A DNA stretch of 64,000 bases. Source: the human T2T-CHM13v2.0 reference genome, Homo sapiens. The DNA is taken from the NCBI RefSeq assembly GCF_009914755.1, contig NC_060939.1; one strand, written 5' to 3'. Under the pieces are notes generated by a model. The model ran no database searches, was not told where the DNA came from, and saw nothing but the letters and a program-made list of their open reading frames with translations. The stretch's first letter is position 1, and each line of letters starts with the position of its first letter. The translations under genes were made by a program, and so were the position numbers. This document shows positions 41,880 through 54,019 of this stretch, piece after piece.

Positions 41880-42745
41880 CACTGGGGATGTGCTGCTCCC
41901 ACGGCCACCCTTCTGGCTTCCTCCTTCTCAGTGACTGTGGTGCAACTATCTGCACTATTCATTTGATATTTAGTTATATATACCAAGTAAGTGGAAGAAT
42001 TTGAACCTTATGGGAAAAAACAGGAAAAGGGACAAGTTGTGAGTGGACATGTAAAAATTACAGTTGCTCTTTGCACTCCTAAAGCCATAAAGAGAACTTT
42101 ATTGATGCATTTTCATTTTTCATCTTTTAATTGCTGGAAACTTTTGAGAATTTTCTGCCCCCAGAGGTTAGAAAAAATGCTATAAATTTGTTTTGCTTGT
42201 TACAGATAATATATACAATGAGAGATATTTTCCCCTTGAATTTGGTTCTTCATTTATATGAATAAATTTATGGCTCTGAGTTATAGCTTCACATTGCCTA
42301 GAACTCACAGTGACCCCAGATGTAAAATAAGTTCCACATTTGAGAAGAACAAAGCTATGAGCGACTTCATTTAAGATGTTTAGAATGTGTAAGTAGGTCT
42401 CTCAACTTCCTCTCCCCAAACTACAGGATTATACAGGCTTTGTGCTGCACAGGAAGGCCTCAGGCACTTGCCCATGATGTCATCCACTATTACATGTCTC
42501 TTAACTCTCCCTTTCAGCAGACACAGGAAAGAGGTCAAGAGCCCAACTTCTCTCTGCTCTCCACTTCTCTCCTCTCCTCTCCTCCAATCTGGATCCTCCG
42601 TGGGGATGTGCTGGTCCCACCCTCCACCCTTCTAGCCTCTTCTCAGTTCAGTGGTACACACAGCTGCATCATTCATTTGATATTTAGTTATATATACCAA
42701 GTAAGTGGAAGAACTTAAGCTTTATGAGAAAAAATAGGAAAAAGA
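41880..42745. repeat. Diverged direct duplication (~150 bp; copies ~41880-42030 and ~42600-42745) with an identical 43-bp core
   Basis: attcatttgatatttagttatatataccaagtaagtggaagaa at 41957-41999 and 42671-42713. Confidence 0.9.
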
Positions 42746-43553
42746 CTCCACTCTATCCTTTACCTTCCTTACTTCTGTATGTTTCTATAAATTTCCTTCA
42801 AAGTTTCATGGCATGACATGATATCTCTTGCTCTACCACTTGGTCTATCTTTTCTTCTCCAAATCTCTGATTTCCCAAATTATTGTTAAGTATGACTCAC
42901 TAGTGCTATTCACTAAATATAATGTTCTTATTGTGGAGGAAGATGTTTACAGGAGTAAAATTAAACCAAAAAAATTTTGCAAAGGATAACTTCTGGTTGA
43001 GAAGGGATTTCTGCCCAGAGCTTTTCTGGTTCTTAATTCTGTGTGATATTTATGTCTCAGGGAAGCTCCTACAGGGCAGAAATAGACTTTTTCTGCAGAA
43101 CAAAAATCTGGACACAGCATCTAATTCATTAGGCACAATGTCCTCTACGATCATGGCACTGATTATTCCGAGGCAGGACCTTCCTGGAAACCTGAACTAT
43201 ATAGCTATAAAGAATAAATACAAAAAACAGAAAGCAGAGAGGAGGTCACCAATTAAGAATCTGCCCCACCAGAGCCATTGAAGCTGGCCCTGCTATCTCT
43301 GAGACAGTCATGGATGGCCACCATGGATGCCCAGGGGGCATGCAGCAAGGACAGCTGCTTCCTCCACAATCTCCCTGGCTTTAGCCTCCTTCCCTCCAGC
43401 ACAGGAGGTAGGTCCCATGGAGGCATTAACCCCAGGGAAGCACCTCCTGCCTGTAGAGCAGGTCTTTCGGCTTGCCTGTGGAGTTCTTACAGGCAAAGGA
43501 ATGCAGCCATGTGTCAGGAGCTAGGTGAGGGGCAATGGTCAATTCTACTTTAC

Positions 43554-43676
43554 CTTTGCAGCTCCTTCCATCCTCTTGCAGAATGTAGCCTTTCGGGCAT
43601 GAACACTGGTAACTCCCTTCTGTGTTTTTGCAGATAAAATTGCAGGGTTTGGGAGCCTGGTTGCACTCGTTCAGAT
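43554..43676 (-). CDS. FBN1: Fibrillin-1 exon 60 (123 nt), cbEGF38
   Basis: tcatag|AT CTG AAC ... TGC AAA G|gtaaag; [41 protein letters not shown]. Confidence 0.97.
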
Positions 43677-43923
43677 CTATGATCAAAGAAATACAGCGTG
43701 ACTGTGCATCTAAAAATGATGTGTACACGCTCAATTTCCACAGGGTCTAACGAAGAATTTTAGTTTCGGGGAAAGAAAAAGGAAACTCTGTGTAGACTTT
43801 GATGATTGTCCTGTGCTTTCCTATGAAACTGCACAGACTTTTTAGATTTTTAGCTTTGGGTTTTTTTTTTTCCATAATCTAAAATTTCCACTTGAGGATA
43901 AGCCATCAGAAATAGACACTTAC

Positions 43924-44049
43924 CTACACAGGAAGTCCCAGTTATATCTGGAGTGTACCCAGTTTTACAAATGCAATGATATGATCCTCTGTCATTGACA
44001 CATTCCCCATTTCGGCAAACATCGTGAATAACCTTGCATTCATCGATAT
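43924..44049 (-). CDS. FBN1: Fibrillin-1 exon 59 (126 nt), cbEGF37
   Basis: ttacag|AT ATC GAT ... TGT GTA G|gtaagt; [42 protein letters not shown]. Confidence 0.97.
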
Positions 44050-45751
44050 CTGTAATTTAACAAATATAAATTAAGAAATATATCATAAAATTGACAACAT
44101 TAATATGTAGGGGGTCACTTCAGTGTAAATACTAATAAATTGTGTTACTATATTTTGGGCCTAAGAAATTAAACCAGTAAGATGACAGCATAAATTTAAT
44201 ATGTAACAGTAGCTATATCAAAAGGTAAACAAATAACTTCATTAGACTACAATTGATAAAATAATTCAGCCACAGAAAAACTTTAAAAACAACTGGTCTT
44301 CTAAATGTATATTTTTCTCTTCTGGATCCATAGAACAGCCACCCCATCTAGACATATTTGGCTTTTTGTGTCATCTCATGCCATTAAGCTTGCCTCCTGC
44401 TGACATCTAATAAATGAATCACAGAAGCAGATCCTTTTGATGAGGAAACCCCATTTCCACCCCCTAGTATTGCATGCTCAAAATAAGTAAGGTTTTTTGT
44501 TTTTTGTTTTTACATTATTTTTGTTGTCTTTGTGGTTAATCCTGAAAAAGTTCAAATTACATAATATTGGGGAAATGAGATGAACTTCTGTCCTCTGGTG
44601 AGGGGGGAAACTAACCAGGGCTCTGAGGTGGATGACAGTGCTGGGTTTTTGCAGCCTGCTAAGGAAGGGAGACCCTCACTCATGGCTGTACCACAGAGAG
44701 AAAGACTGGGTCAATATGCACTGTTGAGCATTAAAACCACTGTCTTCCACATCTTGACCCATTTTACCTCCTTACTGCTTGGCGAAGTGCCGATACAAGC
44801 ACTTTCTACATGGGTTCTCAGCCCTTGACTGCCAAATAACCATTTTATACCAACAGCTGGGTGTATCTGACCTTTACAAGTCTACTCTGAAGTGCAATTT
44901 AGCACACTCTTATTGGTCTCCAGAAGTGAGTTTTTTCGGCTATCTTATTGCTACATCCTCCAAAGAATCATAAATTGCTTTTGGTCACTCCATCTTACCT
45001 TTCTAGGTCTGTTTTTTCTTTTTTTTTAAATCACATCCAGTTCCATTATTCTGCCTTCAGCCACATCTTTCCAATACAAACACAAATCCTTCTTAACCTC
45101 CTTCTTCCCCTTTCACTTCTAATTCCCTCCCAAGAAGCTCAAAAAAGCTCTCACCTTTTCTCAGTCCTTTTATGAACTAAAAACCAATTGTAGTTACAGT
45201 TGATAAACACAGGAATCATATTGGTGACAGGCCTAGATATCTCTAGAGTTGCCTTAGACAGTCTGACACTTCCTCATCCTGCTCTAGTTAAGGAGCTTGT
45301 GCTTTTCCAGATGCAATTGTGTCTAATTGCCAGGATATCAGCATGATTTATACTTCTTTTATGCAATACAGTTTGGCCAGTTTTAGGAGTTCCACATCTT
45401 GGTGGACTGGTTTGCACATTTAATAATCATTTATTTCAAAGTTTATCTAAAAAATTTAAAAATTATATTCTGAGTAGCCAATTGACTTATAGTAAACGGT
45501 TTAAAAAGTTGAAGACTCGCTGGAATGCAGAGGGAGGGTCCTAAGCACACACAGCTTAATCAAGTGGACCAAGGCCACTTTGGCAGCATGACCTCAAATG
45601 TCTAAAACTCCATAATGAAGAATTTTTGTTGGCCTCAGCTGTGCAATTCAACCTAGGCACATATTGCAAACTCCATATTTTCATCTGTGTTTCACACAAA
45701 AAACAAATAAATAGATTCCCTGCAAGTATTTTTGGACTATAAATGAAGTAC

Positions 45752-45958
45752 CTGCTCCATTGGTCATGAATCCTCGGCCATGGGGACAGAGTTTCTTGAA
45801 AGCCACAGTCCCCTGGAAAGGGCAGATCTCACAGTGGGGACCCCAGCCTCTCCCTCCGTCACAGCAGCATTCCGATTTGGTGACGGGGTTCCTGTTGCTG
45901 GAGCCGATCTGACACATGTTTTGTAGCACCTCTGTGAAGCAGTACCCTTCCCGATTGT
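45752..45958 (-). CDS. FBN1: Fibrillin-1 exon 58 (207 nt), TB7
   Basis: ttccag|AC AAT CGG ... GGA GCA G|gtactt; [17 protein letters not shown]...[20 protein letters not shown]...GFMTNGA. Confidence 0.97.
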
Positions 45959-46066
45959 CTGGAAGGGACATTATATGGCAAAGGGGATGTCAGGAAATTT
46001 TAAGAGCAAACAAAATATTAAAAATTTGGTCAGATATAAAAACCAAAAAAGGATGTAACACTTTAC

Positions 46067-46128
46067 CCTGGGTGAGAAGAAGCAAGAGGGGAAAGCTGGA
46101 GACAGCAGTAAAAGAGAAAGGATGACGT
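46067..46128 (-). other. FBN1: Cryptic cassette exon in intron 57 (62 nt, '57A'), frameshifting
   Basis: tcttatttgtttccctcag|ACGTCA ... CCCAGG|gtaaag. Confidence 0.78.
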
Positions 46129-46530
46129 CTGAGGGAAACAAATAAGACATTCAGTAAGTAGGCAGAAAGACATTGGCCTAGACAAGCTTATAACTCTCTC
46201 TGCTCCCAGAAATACAGGGGAATAGCCATGCTTACAGACAGAGGGGCAGAGAAACATATGGAAGTGGATCCTGATCACCAAGGGCTTCAAAGGCAGCCAA
46301 GAAATTCCAAACAAGTGATTCAGGATCCAATTAGCAAAGGAAGAATTTAGCTGCAGGGTGGTGCTGAGCCCAATGGACAATCACAGTCATTACGGCATCT
46401 CCAAAATATGAACATTTTTTATCCTTCCTCAGATTTTGACATTTTCTTGTATTTTAAATAAGAAGTCTGGGTTTCCAGCATCCCAGTGTGGAGGCTGAGG
46501 TTAGGAAAGTGCGCTGCCAACTGTACTCAC

Positions 46531-46656
46531 CAAGGCACTCGTCCTGGTTGGGGCTGGCGGTAAACCCATCATTACACTCACAGGTGTAGCTCCCACGGGT
46601 GTTGAGGCAGCGCCCATTCTCACAGATCCCTGGCTTCGTCTGACATTCATTCTCAT
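46531..46656 (-). CDS. FBN1: Fibrillin-1 exon 57 (126 nt), cbEGF36
   Basis: aaacag|AT GAG AAT ... TGC CTT G|gtgagt; [42 protein letters not shown]. Confidence 0.97.
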
Positions 46657-46722
46657 CTGTTTGATTTTATTGAAGGACCAAAAACAAGAAGAGTCATCTG
46701 ACCATTTTATAGAGGATGGAGC

Positions 46723-46839
46723 TCCTTCCTTCGTTCCTTCCTTCCTCCCTCCCTCCTTCCCTCCCTTTGTTCCTTTCTCCTTTCCTTCCTCCCTTCCCTC
46801 CCTCTCACCTTCCTTCCCTCTCTCACATCTTTCCTTCTT
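46723..46839. repeat. (CCTT)n-like tract, purine-rich in the pre-mRNA upstream of exon 57
   Basis: Read directly. Confidence 0.85.
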
Positions 46840-47617
46840 AACTTAGCTTTTGAATCACTAATCTGTTCACATGGCTCAAAATTTAAAAGGTATAAAAGAG
46901 ACTTCAATTCATTCTTAACTGTTTGGTTTCATTGAAAGACTGAAAACAGAAAGAGCCATCTGAATCTTTTATAGAAGAATAGATTTTCTTCTTTCCTATA
47001 TAGTTTGTAAATAGCTTATCTCTTCACATGGTTCAAAATTAAAAAGGTACAAAAGGAGATTCAGCAAAAGTACCCCCTTCATTTCCTATTTCCCAGACAC
47101 CAAACTCCCCTCCTGAAAAGCAACCAATTCTGGGGCCGATTTCTAATGTATCCTTCCAGAGCTGGATTATGCATATAAAAGCAAATACATACATAATATG
47201 TGTATGTGTGTGTGCACTTCAGATCTTTTAAAAGCCTAACTGATAGCATTTTATATACTTAAACATAGATGGTAGCATTTTATGCACACTTACATTTTTC
47301 ACTTAGTAAAATTTAAATCTTTTCATATTAGGACATAAAAAGGACTCTCAAAGTGTTATTTCAAGTGAAGGAGGGAAAAATGTGAATATCAGCATATGAA
47401 AGAAATATTTTAATACATGTTAGAATAATATCTGTAATGGTCAATATTGATCTGGGGGAGTTTGTCTAGATTAATCTTCAGATTAACCTAGATTATATCT
47501 CCAATATAGGTTGCATTTATTGTAATATTTCAACAATATTATTAAGAAATCATAAACTACAACTCAGTTTCCCAGGTTTAAAAAAACATTAAAATATCTA
47601 CAGATTCTTAGAATTAT

Positions 47618-47707
47618 CTGATGATTATTTAGAAAGATCAAAAATAATTTGCTGAGGTGCTTCCCTTCCTTTGAGAATAGTTCAGGGTCCCTCAGATGGA
47701 GCTCTCA
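47618..47707 (-). other. FBN1: Latent pseudoexon in intron 56 (90 nt); donor lacks GT
   Basis: ttccaactttctctctttcctag|TGAGAG ... CATCAG|ataatt. Confidence 0.7.
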
Positions 47708-48110
47708 CTAGGAAAGAGAGAAAGTTGGAAGGTGAATCCAGAACAGTGTTAAAACAGGTTCAAAACCCCAATGCAATGCCCCAGCCACCCCCAGAACAAT
47801 TCAATCAGAATATCTGAGGTTGGACTTGAGCTCCCCAAATGATTCCAAAGTGCAGCAGAGGTTGAGAATTACTGATCCAGGAGGATCCAGTGTGTGACAA
47901 TTAATCTACATATTTTCTGATTCTGTGCTTTTAGAATCTGTTCTTTAATTCCTGCTTCAATCTGTATTGTACAGAGTAAAAGGGCAATGGGATTCTTAAT
48001 CTTCTTGAATGACAACATAAAATATATCTTTATAATACCATTTATTATTAAAAAGAAAGAGAATGCGTGTGAGAAGGTTTTAATAATTTTCTCCTGTAAT
48101 TATTATCTAA

Positions 48111-48336
48111 GCAGAGGTCAGGAAACTTTTTGTTAGGGTCAAATAGGAAATATTTTAGGCTTTGTGGGTCATATGGTCTCAGTTGCAACCACTTAGCTCT
48201 GCCATTGTGGCATGAAAGTAGCCATGGACAATATGCAAATGAATGGTTATACCTATGTTTAATAAAACCTTATTTATAAAAACACACAGTGGGCTGGCAG
48301 GCTGGAATTAGCCTGTAGGCAGTTTGCCAACTCCTG
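48111..48336. mobile_element. MER58A hAT-Charlie fossil
   Basis: cag.ggtcag.aaacttttt...aatattttaggctttgtggg.catatggtctc...aataaaac.ttattta...gtttgccaac.cctg. Confidence 0.85.
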
Positions 48337-48855
48337 GTCTAAGGCTGAAGTCCTCAATGTTGGATCCCTATTAGAATCAGCTGAGGAGCTTTAAAAAAAT
48401 ATCAGTGCCTGGATGCTACTCTAGACAAGACCAGATTTTCTGGAGGTAGATCCCAATGGTTTTGAGATATTCCTGATTCAGAGGTACCTGGCATTTGTAG
48501 CAAAGCTAAGTCAATAGGGAAGCATTCCAATGTGATGGGGAGAATTGACCCCCAAATCAACAAAAGAGTATGGAAAGTAAAGGAGGAGAATAGAGAAAAG
48601 GCATGCTGTTCAAATCCTGGCAGCAAATGGGTCAAGAAAGCAGACAAAGGCCAGATCAGAGGGACAATGACAGTGCTCTTGGAATTCACAAATGATCACG
48701 AGGCAAGGGAACCACCATGGAGAGTCCTGACATGCGGTTAAGAGAACAAAATGGGTCTCGCCAAGAACAGTATCCCAAGAACTCAGAGCCCAGGTTCCTT
48801 CTGTCCACTGTCACTTCTGATGCACTCAAAGCTCCTTCCACAGGGATCCTCTTAC

Positions 48856-48987
48856 CTACACAGCCTTCTCCATCAGGTCTCCGCTGATACCCGGGTCCAC
48901 AGATGCACATATATGTGCCAATGAGGTTCTTGCATTCCATTTGTTTTTCAGTACAGTCATGTTTTCCCTCTTCACACTCATCCTCAT
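48856..48987 (-). CDS. FBN1: Fibrillin-1 exon 56 (132 nt), cbEGF35
   Basis: ttacag|AT GAG GAT ... TGT GTA G|gtaaga; [44 protein letters not shown]. Confidence 0.97.
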   Translation of the reverse strand: MRMSVKRENMTVLKNKWNARTSLAHICASVDPGISGDLMEKAV

Positions 48988-49167
48988 CTGTAAAAAATGT
49001 ACAATCACAAATTTGTCAAAGAAAATGCATATATCTGCCTTAATTACCTGACTTTTAAACATAAAATGTTAGTAAGTAACCAATTTTCATCTGTTATTTC
49101 ACTACTGGCTGTATTTCCTTCTGCTCTGTTGAGTATGATCTCTAAAGAATGGAAAGGAATCTTCTAA

Positions 49168-49619
<452 letters not shown>

Positions 49620-49837
49620 TGATTTCTAATTCTTGTTGACTAATTGAACTAAAAGGGCCTCATGTAATTATAATATAATGGATATATCTTAATATAACAA
49701 TAATTATAACAGCATTATAATCACAATATATGATAAGGCAATAATTATAATAGTACTACAATCATAATGGATTGTAAGAGTAACAAACCAAAGCTTACAT
49801 TATGCAATAATTATAATAATAACACAATATATTATAA

Positions 49838-50143
<306 letters not shown>

Positions 50144-51050
50144 TGACATTATTTTTATATGATAATATTAGTAAACAGGATATAATAGTAAATGACTATT
50201 TTATATTATATATCTCAAATATCTTATTCTCTACTGGTTCTTCCCTCCTTCATTTCCTTTTCTGGACTTGGTTGGGCCTTCCTCAGTCTTTACTTTCTGT
50301 CCTATTGTACTTCTTTATTTTTCTATCTTTCCCGTTTACATGCTCTGAGCTGAGAAATTTGAAATTTATTCTGCATATGATTAGGACCTTTCATTTAGGA
50401 AATTTCCCCACCCTTAAGCAAAATTATATTTACGCCATCTTGAGAGAACAGGTGTCTGTTCATTTAAGATATTGACAGGAGCAAATCAGAGCTCTTCAAG
50501 AGCAAACTCTATGATTACTGCAGTTTGTGAAATAGAGCCTAGTTCAGTGCTTAGGAAATTGCAGGTGTTCAGGAGGTATTTTTAATGGAGATGGTTTAGC
50601 TAAAGTAGATTCCACGTGTTACCCCATTCTTGAAATAGAATATCCTTTGGTGTTCTCAGAGCATTTTGTATATATAATCACCATAGCATTTATCACACTG
50701 TATTATGAGAACGTATTTATATCTGTCTCAATCTCTTCATATTGGGTTTTTTGAATGTGGGGAAATGTCTTTTTCTTTCTATTCCCATATCTTGTAGAAA
50801 TACTGGCGTGTTGTGAGCATGCGATGCACAGTGAGACCTAATAAAGGATGTGCAGTGCAGTCCTCAACTTGGCTTGATGATGCTTCCAGCTACAATTTAG
50901 GGGGAAACGTGGCAGTGACAACCCCCGTATTGTCCACGGACTATTTATATTCCAATTCCCAGCCTTCTCCTACTAAGGGAAGCTTTGAGGGACATCTCCC
51001 CTCACAGATAAAGCTTCCTGGCTTAGATGACCTTGAACACGATGACTCAC

Positions 51051-51173
51051 CTTTGCACATCCTACGGTCTTCTCTGAGCACATATCCCACGGGACATTTG
51101 CATTCATATGACCCATAAGTGTTCACACATCGGAAGGCACAGAGCAGAGGATTCTGGGCACATTCATTTATAT
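51051..51173 (-). CDS. FBN1: Fibrillin-1 exon 55 (123 nt), cbEGF34
   Basis: ctgcag|AT ATA AAT ... TGC AAA G|gtgagt; [41 protein letters not shown]. Confidence 0.97.
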
Positions 51174-52089
51174 CTGCAGCAGAGGAGAGTAAGTAAATAA
51201 GGGATCATGGACAGCAACAAAAGGGAACCTACCAATTGAACTAAAACTCTAAAACTTTACCAAAAGTTGCAATGCTTCATTGTCATAAACATGGATGGAT
51301 CAAGTGGTCTCCCATTTCCCGGAAATTATAAAATGGGTTGATTATTTTATATTTGGTATAAACAGAGTGACTCTCCATCCCGGTTCTCCCAGCACAGTCC
51401 CAGTTTATGTTTGTTGTCCTGGTATAATTATTAATGATTATTTAGGTGGATGGGAAATTACAGGCCACCCAACATTTGAGGGGCTCTTCTGAAATTTTGG
51501 CTTAGAAGGCTCAGGTTGACCATTTGTCACTCCCAACAGTTACATGGCGTGGGAATCAGTTTTGCCCCATTCCGCCAAAACAATTGTGGTCAGAACAGAA
51601 ACCAACTCCTCCAATATTGTTAACCACCTCTCTTTCCCCCAAACAAAGAGGCTCCTGTGAAATAACAGCAATTCTTCTGCCCAAGCAAATAGTGTTCCAG
51701 ATCATTTTATACTGACAGAGACACTCAGTTTACACAGATGCCCATGTTCAAACCTTAAATAGATGGGAATGAGTTTACTGTTAATGGAAAAAAAGTCATT
51801 TCTGCAGACTGCAGAGTTTGGAACCATCAGAATGTGTTTTGGAAAAGCAGGATTAAAATAGACCATCTCAACTATCATGTTGCTCCCCAAGGCCAGTGCT
51901 GACTAAGAACACGAGTGAGAGCCCAGATCATGACTTAGTCACAACCTTTAAAGATTTACCACAACTCTGACAATGGGCATTTGATAGATCATATCTGATG
52001 AAGAGCTCTCTTTGCTACCAACTTTATTCTCTGCCTTCACCTCTCCTTCATTCTTTCCTTAGGCCAGTGAATCCCTACTTGAGAGTGTA

Positions 52090-52243
52090 TCAGATCACCT
52101 AGAGGGCTGCTGGGCTCCACCCCACTCTCGGAGTTTCTGATTTAGGAGGTCTTGGATGAGGCCTCACAATGTGCATTTCTAATAAGTTCCCAGGTGATGC
52201 TGATACAGCTGCTCCTGGGAACCACCCTTTGAGAGCCACTGCT
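52090..52243. mobile_element. MER5A in intron 54
   Basis: gagtttctgattt.ggaggtct...tgcatttctaa.aagttcccaggtgatgctgat...tttgagagccactg. Confidence 0.8.
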
Positions 52244-52292
52244 CTAGACACTCCCTCCCTTTCCTTCTTTCCATACATTCCACCAGGCTTAC

Positions 52293-52397
52293 GGATGGAC
52301 ACTTTTCAGATGCTTATATATTACAGGCAACCGCTTTTGCTGTGATTGCCTCCAAATGGCTACAGGATGATGGTGGGTATCTTAGTGTGCAGTGCTC
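52293..52397 (-). other. FBN1: Cryptic cassette exon in intron 54 (105 nt, '54A'), with an in-frame TAG
   Basis: ~85-nt pyrimidine tract ...ctatttctag|GAGCAC ... CATCC|gtaagc. Confidence 0.75.
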
Positions 52398-52778
52398 CTA
52401 GAAATAGAAAAGAAGAGAAAAAGAGAAAAGAAAAAGAAAGGGAGTATGAGAGACAGAAAGAAGGAGAAAGTGAGAGTAAGAAAGAAGGTATTAAACAACA
52501 CGGAAGCATCTAAATATAAGTGGTAGGGAAACACCAATGAGAACTCTCTGTGATATACAGTGTAGATGTGCCATGAACACACAACTGTATCATTCTTGGA
52601 TATCTCTCTTTCCCTACAGAGAAGAGGCCACAAAAGAAGAATGATCAAATGGCCCATCAGGCCTAGATGATCTTTATTATATACACCCTGAGTTGTATTT
52701 AATATTAAGACTTGTAATCAACCAATTGTTCCCAGGATCAGTACACGTAATCAACTGTTCTCTGTTTAAGAGATGTAC

Positions 52779-52898
52779 CTTCACATGTCATCATTGGACC
52801 GGGCTCAAATCCCTCCTCGCAGGTGCATTCAAAACCTCCAATCACATTCTTGCAGGTTCCATTTCCACAAGGATTGCCAACAGAACATTCATCAGTAT
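52779..52898 (-). CDS. FBN1: Fibrillin-1 exon 54 (120 nt), cbEGF33
   Basis: ttgcag|AT ACT GAT ... TGT GAA G|gtacat; [40 protein letters not shown]. Confidence 0.97.
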
Positions 52899-52979
52899 CT
52901 GCAAGAAACCAGGAATGTGTCCAAAACATGATGAATTGAGATAATACCTTTTATTCTATCAGAGGATTTTAAACTGTAA

Positions 52980-53282
52980 TTTTGTTGTTGTTGTTGTTTT
53001 GAGACAGAGTCTCACTTTGACATCCAGACTGCAGTGCTGTGGCGCGATTTCAGCTCATGCAAACTCTGCCTCTCAGGTTCAAGTGAATCTCATGCCTCAG
53101 CCTCCTGAGTAGCTGGAATTATGGGTGCACATCACCACGCTCAGGTAATTTTTGTATTTTTAGTAGAGACAGGGTTTCGCCATGTTGGCCAGGCTGGTCT
53201 TGAACTCTTGACCTCAAGCAATCTGCCCACCTCGGCATCCCAAAGTGCTGAGATTAAAGGTGTGAGCCACCAAGCCCAGCCT
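52980..53282 (-). mobile_element. Alu (AluS/J-like) in intron 53, ~80 nt upstream of exon 54
   Basis: Reverse Alu with a (TTG)n tail. Confidence 0.92.
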
Positions 53283-53851
53283 GATCTGTAATGTTTAATT
53301 CTCATTCTGTTCTTGCAAAAAGGGAGTGTGCATGTCTTATTATCTCAGGTTTATAGCCGTGAAATTCGACTTGCTCAGTGGCAGTGGCAATGACAGTGAG
53401 AATGACAGTGCCTGGACATATAGCCCTTACAGTGCTCTTCTCCATGAGTTTCTCCAGCCTCCCACATTATAAACTAAATCTTCTACTTGGAGTAGATGCT
53501 CTAAGGGTTAAAAAAAAAAAGGCCCCTATCACTCGTCAAAAGTTTCTGCTTGTTTAAAGCAGAAATACATCCACAGTTTGGCCTTACATTACATCACTCC
53601 CCAAGAAGCCTTAAACATGATGGATTTTTGCCAGATATAAAATAAAAGACTAAACTTACGTAAAATAAAAGACCAGAGGTTAAGTAAAATTAATACATCA
53701 AATAAAATCAAGATTCAAGTAGATTGTGTTGATTCTGTTGAAACCAGATGGTTTACATTAGGAAGAGGAAAGGCTAGAAAAAAATATGTTTAGGTTATGA
53801 CCGCTCTAAAACACAGGCGGAGAGAACAAATCTTTGACCAGAGACCTAAAA

Positions 53852-53963
53852 TGTGTGTGTGTGTGTGTGTGTGTGCATGTGTGTGTGTATATATATGTGT
53901 GTATATATATGTGTATATATATGTGTGTATATATATGTGTATATATATGTGTGTATATATATG

Positions 53964-54018
<55 letters not shown>
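53852..54018. repeat. Compound (TG)n/(TA)n microsatellite, read as (CA)n in FBN1 pre-mRNA
   Basis: Read directly. Confidence 0.95.
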
Positions 54019-54019
<1 letters not shown>

